From the IMG/VR virus record IMGVR_UViG_3300029505_000004, positions 460-64,459 of that record: a stretch of 64,000 nt of DNA; one strand, written 5' to 3'. Positions 60,804 through 64,000 of the stretch are shown in pieces (positions within the stretch are counted from its first letter, which is position 1; every line of letters starts with the position of its first letter). Position numbers and translations under genes: made by a program. A model generated the notes under the pieces. The model was not told where the DNA came from and did not search any database. It saw only the letters and a list, made by a program, of their open reading frames with translations. This DNA comes from a virus.

Positions 60804-62221
60804 AACTTAATATTACCCCCTATGATTATCAAAAGGAAGGAATTGAAAAAGGGCTGGAGTGGAAAAGGCTTTTTTTAGGCGATGAACCGGGCCTGGGGAA
60901 GACATGCCAGTCTATCGGTATTGTTAATACCGCAAAGGCATACCCTGCTCTGGTTATCTGTCCATCTTCCCTTAAGATAAACTGGAAAAGAGAATTTGAG
61001 AAATTCGCCGGGGCCGAAGCTATTGTTCTTAACGACAATATAAAAGCTACATGGGGGTACATGCTGCAAATGCACAACATGGACGTTTGCATCTGCAATT
61101 ACGAAAGCCTTCGAAAGTATTTTGTTTGGGAGTATAAAAAAGGCTACCGTCTGAAGGATATAGTATTCAGCCCATTTATCAGCCTGTTCAAGTCTGTAAT
61201 TATCGACGAAAGCCACCGCTGCAAAGATCCGGGAGCGCAACAGTCTAAGTTTGTAGCCGGTCTTGCTGCCGGGAAAGAATATGTTATGCTGCTAACCGGT
61301 ACACCGGTAGTAAACCGGCCAAGAGATCTGATAGCCCAGCTTGCTATTATAGACCGCTTAAAAGAGTTTGGAGGAACAAGCTATTTCACGGCCCGGTATG
61401 GGGATGGCGAAAATCTGACAGAATTGTCAGAAAAGCTATACGAAACATGTCTTGTCCGAAGGGAAAAGAAAGATGTTCTTACCCAGCTTCCGGATAAAAC
61501 AAGAATGGATATCTATATCGACATAGAGAAGGAAGCACCACAAGAGTATTATGAAGCTTACAAGATGGCGGAAGAAAACCTGAAGGAGTATCTATTAACA
61601 TACAAGTCATGTACTGAATGGCAAGCGCGGGCAAAGATGCGTAACAAAGCCCTAGTTCAGTTCATGGAGTTAAGATCTCTTGTTGGAATATGCAAGGTCA
61701 AACCTGTGATAGATTTTATCAAAGATTTTGTTGCAACAGGGAAAAAGATCGTTGTTTTCTGTTCATCTCATTCGATTGTTGATTCCATAAAAAAGGCTTT
61801 TCCTAAAGCGGTAATGGTTACCGGCCGCGAAAACTATGTACAGAAGCAAGCAGCGGTAGATGTGTTTCAAAACCGACCGGAAATCCAAGTGATTATCTGT
61901 TCTATAAAGGCTGCCGGTGTTGGAATTACCCTGACAGCTTCTTCTACTGTTTTGTTCATCGAACAGCCGTGGACCTATGCTGATCTTGTTCAATGCGAGG
62001 ACCGTTGCCATCGTATAGGGCAGAAGGATAACGTAACCGTATACAATGCTCTGGGAAATAACAGCATTGATCACAGGATATACAATCTAATACAAAACAA
62101 GAGAAGCATATCCAATCAGATAATGGCTTCTTCTGATGACATACCAAAGGATGAATGTTATTTTGACGAACTTGTAAATCTCGTATTGAATGACACAAAA
62201 AAGCAAAATAGCAATACTTGA
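60788..62221 (+). CDS. SNF2-family helicase
   Basis: Motif I GDEPGLGKTCQS. Motif II IIDESHRCK. C-terminal motifs AAGVGITLTAS and QCEDRCHRIGQ. Confidence 0.9.
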   Translation: MEVPIKLNITPYDYQKEGIEKGLEWKRLFLGDEPGLGKTCQSIGIVNTAKAYPALVICPSSLKINWKREFEKFAGAEAIVLNDNIKATWGYMLQMHNMDVCICNYESLRKYFVWEYKKGYRLKDIVFSPFISLFKSVIIDESHRCKDPGAQQSKFVAGLAAGKEYVMLLTGTPVVNRPRDLIAQLAIIDRLKEFGGTSYFTARYGDGENLTELSEKLYETCLVRREKKDVLTQLPDKTRMDIYIDIEKEAPQEYYEAYKMAEENLKEYLLTYKSCTEWQARAKMRNKALVQFMELRSLVGICKVKPVIDFIKDFVATGKKIVVFCSSHSIVDSIKKAFPKAVMVTGRENYVQKQAAVDVFQNRPEIQVIICSIKAAGVGITLTASSTVLFIEQPWTYADLVQCEDRCHRIGQKDNVTVYNALGNNSIDHRIYNLIQNKRSISNQIMASSDDIPKDECYFDELVNLVLNDTKKQNSNT

Positions 62222-62441
62222 ATGCCTTGAGTATGTAATATCTCTTTTCCCGGAAACAAACAGAGGTTACAATGCATCAAGGCCATATCGTAAAGCACTG
62301 AAAGAATTTATCCGTGATAATAATTTAGACCATGAAAGAAAAGAAAATACCATTCCGGAGAAAATCTCCGCTTCGGAAGGTAAGACTAAGGAGAACAAGC
62401 AAAAGGCAGGAAGCACTGAACAGGAAGATATCGGCCATTAA
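62190..62441 (+). CDS. hypothetical protein (doubtful; overlaps the next gene by 110 nt)
   Basis: 83-aa ORF. The C-terminal third overlaps the HNH-like gene in another frame. Confidence 0.35.
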   Translation: MTQKSKIAILECLEYVISLFPETNRGYNASRPYRKALKEFIRDNNLDHERKENTIPEKISASEGKTKENKQKAGSTEQEDIGH

Positions 62442-62679
62442 GAGAGATCTTTCTCAAAGGTGTTGTATATGTGGACGTGAAGCGGTGGATCCCGCTCACC
62501 TTCTTCCGCGTTCAACTTATCCGGAATATTATGCAGAGAAATGGAATATAGTTCCAATGTGTAGAGAACATCACAGACTATATGACAATAATCTTGAATT
62601 CCGTCAACAACAGATCCAATTGTTTAACATCGTGCTGGAACATGATGAATGTGCAGCACACAGATATTTCAGAATATGA
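62332..62679 (+). CDS. HNH/NinG(Rap)-like endonuclease
   Basis: Basic N-terminus, then CCICGREAVDPAHLLPRS...VPMCREHHRLYDNN (CxxC...H...C..HH pattern). Confidence 0.6.
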   Translation: MKEKKIPFRRKSPLRKVRLRRTSKRQEALNRKISAIKRDLSQRCCICGREAVDPAHLLPRSTYPEYYAEKWNIVPMCREHHRLYDNNLEFRQQQIQLFNIVLEHDECAAHRYFRI

Positions 62680-63203
62680 ATATAACAAAATCAATAGCAG
62701 AACAAGTAGCATTAAGGATGATACAGCCTATTGCCGAACGCATCAGTAACGAAAATGATACATTAAACGAAATAGTGAATGAAATAGCTATTAGAAGTAT
62801 TCCAAAACAAGTTTATAATACTTACAAAGAATATCCAAGATTCTTTGCAACAACAAGATGTATCTATCTGGTAAATGGAACACAGATTACTAGGGTTGAA
62901 GTCAAAAACAGGTTTCCTACTGCTAGTTCAACTGGAGGATTGAACGTACCATGTAAACCTGAAGAAATGGAAACTGTATCAGAAATTCAGAATAGAATAC
63001 AAGAGTTGAGAGATGAAAAAAGTAGAACATATAATTCGATTGTAAATACTCTTATTTCTTTGAAAACATCAAAAAAAGTAATGGAGTGTTTTCCCGAAGC
63101 GTATGAATATATAAAAGCGTATGAGAATAAAACAACAAATGAAGTATCTCTTCCGGTTGAGACTATAATGAACACAATAAATATAAAAATAATTAAGTTA
63201 TGA
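62676..63203 (+). CDS. hypothetical protein
   Basis: Start set at MNITKSIAEQ (ATGA overlap with the upstream stop); the track ORF starts at 62649. Confidence 0.55.
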   Translation: MNITKSIAEQVALRMIQPIAERISNENDTLNEIVNEIAIRSIPKQVYNTYKEYPRFFATTRCIYLVNGTQITRVEVKNRFPTASSTGGLNVPCKPEEMETVSEIQNRIQELRDEKSRTYNSIVNTLISLKTSKKVMECFPEAYEYIKAYENKTTNEVSLPVETIMNTINIKIIKL

Positions 63204-64000
63204 AAAATTACACACCTGAAAAAATTACAAGCCTTAAAGAGAATGAAATTTTTGTTTTTGGATCGAATCTCAATGGAAATCATGCTGGCGGTGCTGCCTG
63301 TTTAGCGGTAGAAAAATTTGGCGCGCAAATGGGAAATCCTGAAGGAATACAAGGCCAGTCTTATGCTATTCCTACATTGGATAAAAATATGGATCGTATT
63401 AATCTTACTGACTTGGAACAGTCAATATGCAGATTTTACCAATATGCCGAGGAAAACCCAGGGAAGGTATTCTACATGACAAAAATAGGTTGCGGCATTG
63501 CCGGATATGAATTGTCAGATATTGCCACAGTGGTTAATTGCCGTAATATTCCGGATAATGTAATTATACCAGAAGAATTTACACATATTCCGGGGTATAA
63601 GGGATTTGATGAAAATATGCAGTGCCGTGGATTTCAGTATCAAGAAGGTAATACATACCATGAATATGGTAATATAGAAGCGTGTCAGAGTGGATTTCAT
63701 TTTTGCAAATATCCTCTTGATATTTTTAGTTACTATCCTCCTGCTAAGAACAGATTTTGCAAAGTAGAAGGATTTGGGAAAGTATCTAATGACACAGGTG
63801 ATACGAAGGTGGCTGTTTCCGACTTAAAAGTAAAGGCAGAAATTGGTATATCAGGCCTTGTAAAGGCCGCTATTGAGTACACAAGAAAGAGGTGTACGAA
63901 TAAATGTAATGCAAAAGAAGGAGAACCAGCGACCGCCGGATCTTATGGTGCAGCGACCGCCGGAGATAATGGTGCAGCGACCGCCGGAGATAATGGTGCA
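63200..64000 (+). CDS. partial CDS (runs off the window): conserved phage FGSN..G.H.GGAA / SYAIPT domain, a Cys-rich GFHFC domain and ATAG repeats
   Basis: Not in the ORF track because it has no stop. Hand translation is open from ATG 63200 to 64000. Motifs: FVFGSNLNGNHAGGAA, GQSYAIPT, CQSGFHFCKYPLDIFSYY, then GAATAGDNGAATAGDNGA encoded by 24-bp DNA repeats. Confidence 0.6.
   Translation, partial: MKNYTPEKITSLKENEIFVFGSNLNGNHAGGAACLAVEKFGAQMGNPEGIQGQSYAIPTLDKNMDRINLTDLEQSICRFYQYAEENPGKVFYMTKIGCGIAGYELSDIATVVNCRNIPDNVIIPEEFTHIPGYKGFDENMQCRGFQYQEGNTYHEYGNIEACQSGFHFCKYPLDIFSYYPPAKNRFCKVEGFGKVSNDTGDTKVAVSDLKVKAEIGISGLVKAAIEYTRKRCTNKCNAKEGEPATAGSYGAATAGDNGAATAGDNGA

Noticed and set aside
1-64000. 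Search for rRNA genes, CRISPR arrays, cas genes, a reverse transcriptase/DGR, toxin-antitoxin pairs and recognisable abortive-infection or defence cassettes.
   Set aside because: None could be supported from motifs visible in the ORF translations or from repeat structure. Absence is by eye only and would need HMM-based tools (for example DefenseFinder or PADLOC) to confirm.

Overview
The window reads as most of a temperate dsDNA phage genome in the unintegrated (attP) configuration. No host housekeeping genes are visible. It looks Bacteroidota-like: AT-rich, most genes lack Shine-Dalgarno sites, and it has TAnnTTTG-type -7 boxes. Layout: (i) 1-12.6 kb, + strand: a tightly coupled early/replication operon with VRR-NUC nuclease, DnaC-like loader, YopX, a methyltransferase, ASCH-like and DUF5664-like proteins and many orphans. 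(ii) 12.6-51.5 kb, - strand: the late region. It holds three head-tail-type paralogs, a holin / GH108 endolysin / u-spanin-like cassette, a 1655-aa modular tail fibre with an S74-type C-terminal chaperone, candidate capsid and scaffold, portal and internal-protein candidates. It is interrupted by a LuxR-type regulator and by a + strand island carrying a rhomboid-family protease and TerL. (iii) A roughly 4540-aa DarB-like polyvalent protein (N6-adenine MTase, strawberry-notch/SNF2-like helicase, HEXXH peptidase motif, pyrophosphatase-like motif). It is split in frame by a 1082-bp IS with a perfect 7-bp target-site duplication. (iv) 51.6-55.3 kb: the lysogeny module, with an HTH protein, a tyrosine integrase, an attP core that is the 3' half of a tRNA-Thr(CGT), two secreted or lipoprotein morons and a CI-like HTH-S24 repressor with paired operators. 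(v) 55.4-64 kb: a rightward early operon with tRNA-Arg(CCT), tRNA-Met(CAT), an anticodon-less tRNA-like element and a repeat-dense origin-like region with TGCTAGCA iterons. It continues with a RecT plus PD-(D/E)XK recombination pair, an SNF2 helicase and an HNH/NinG-like protein. All functional calls rest on motifs I recognise by eye; no database searches were run.
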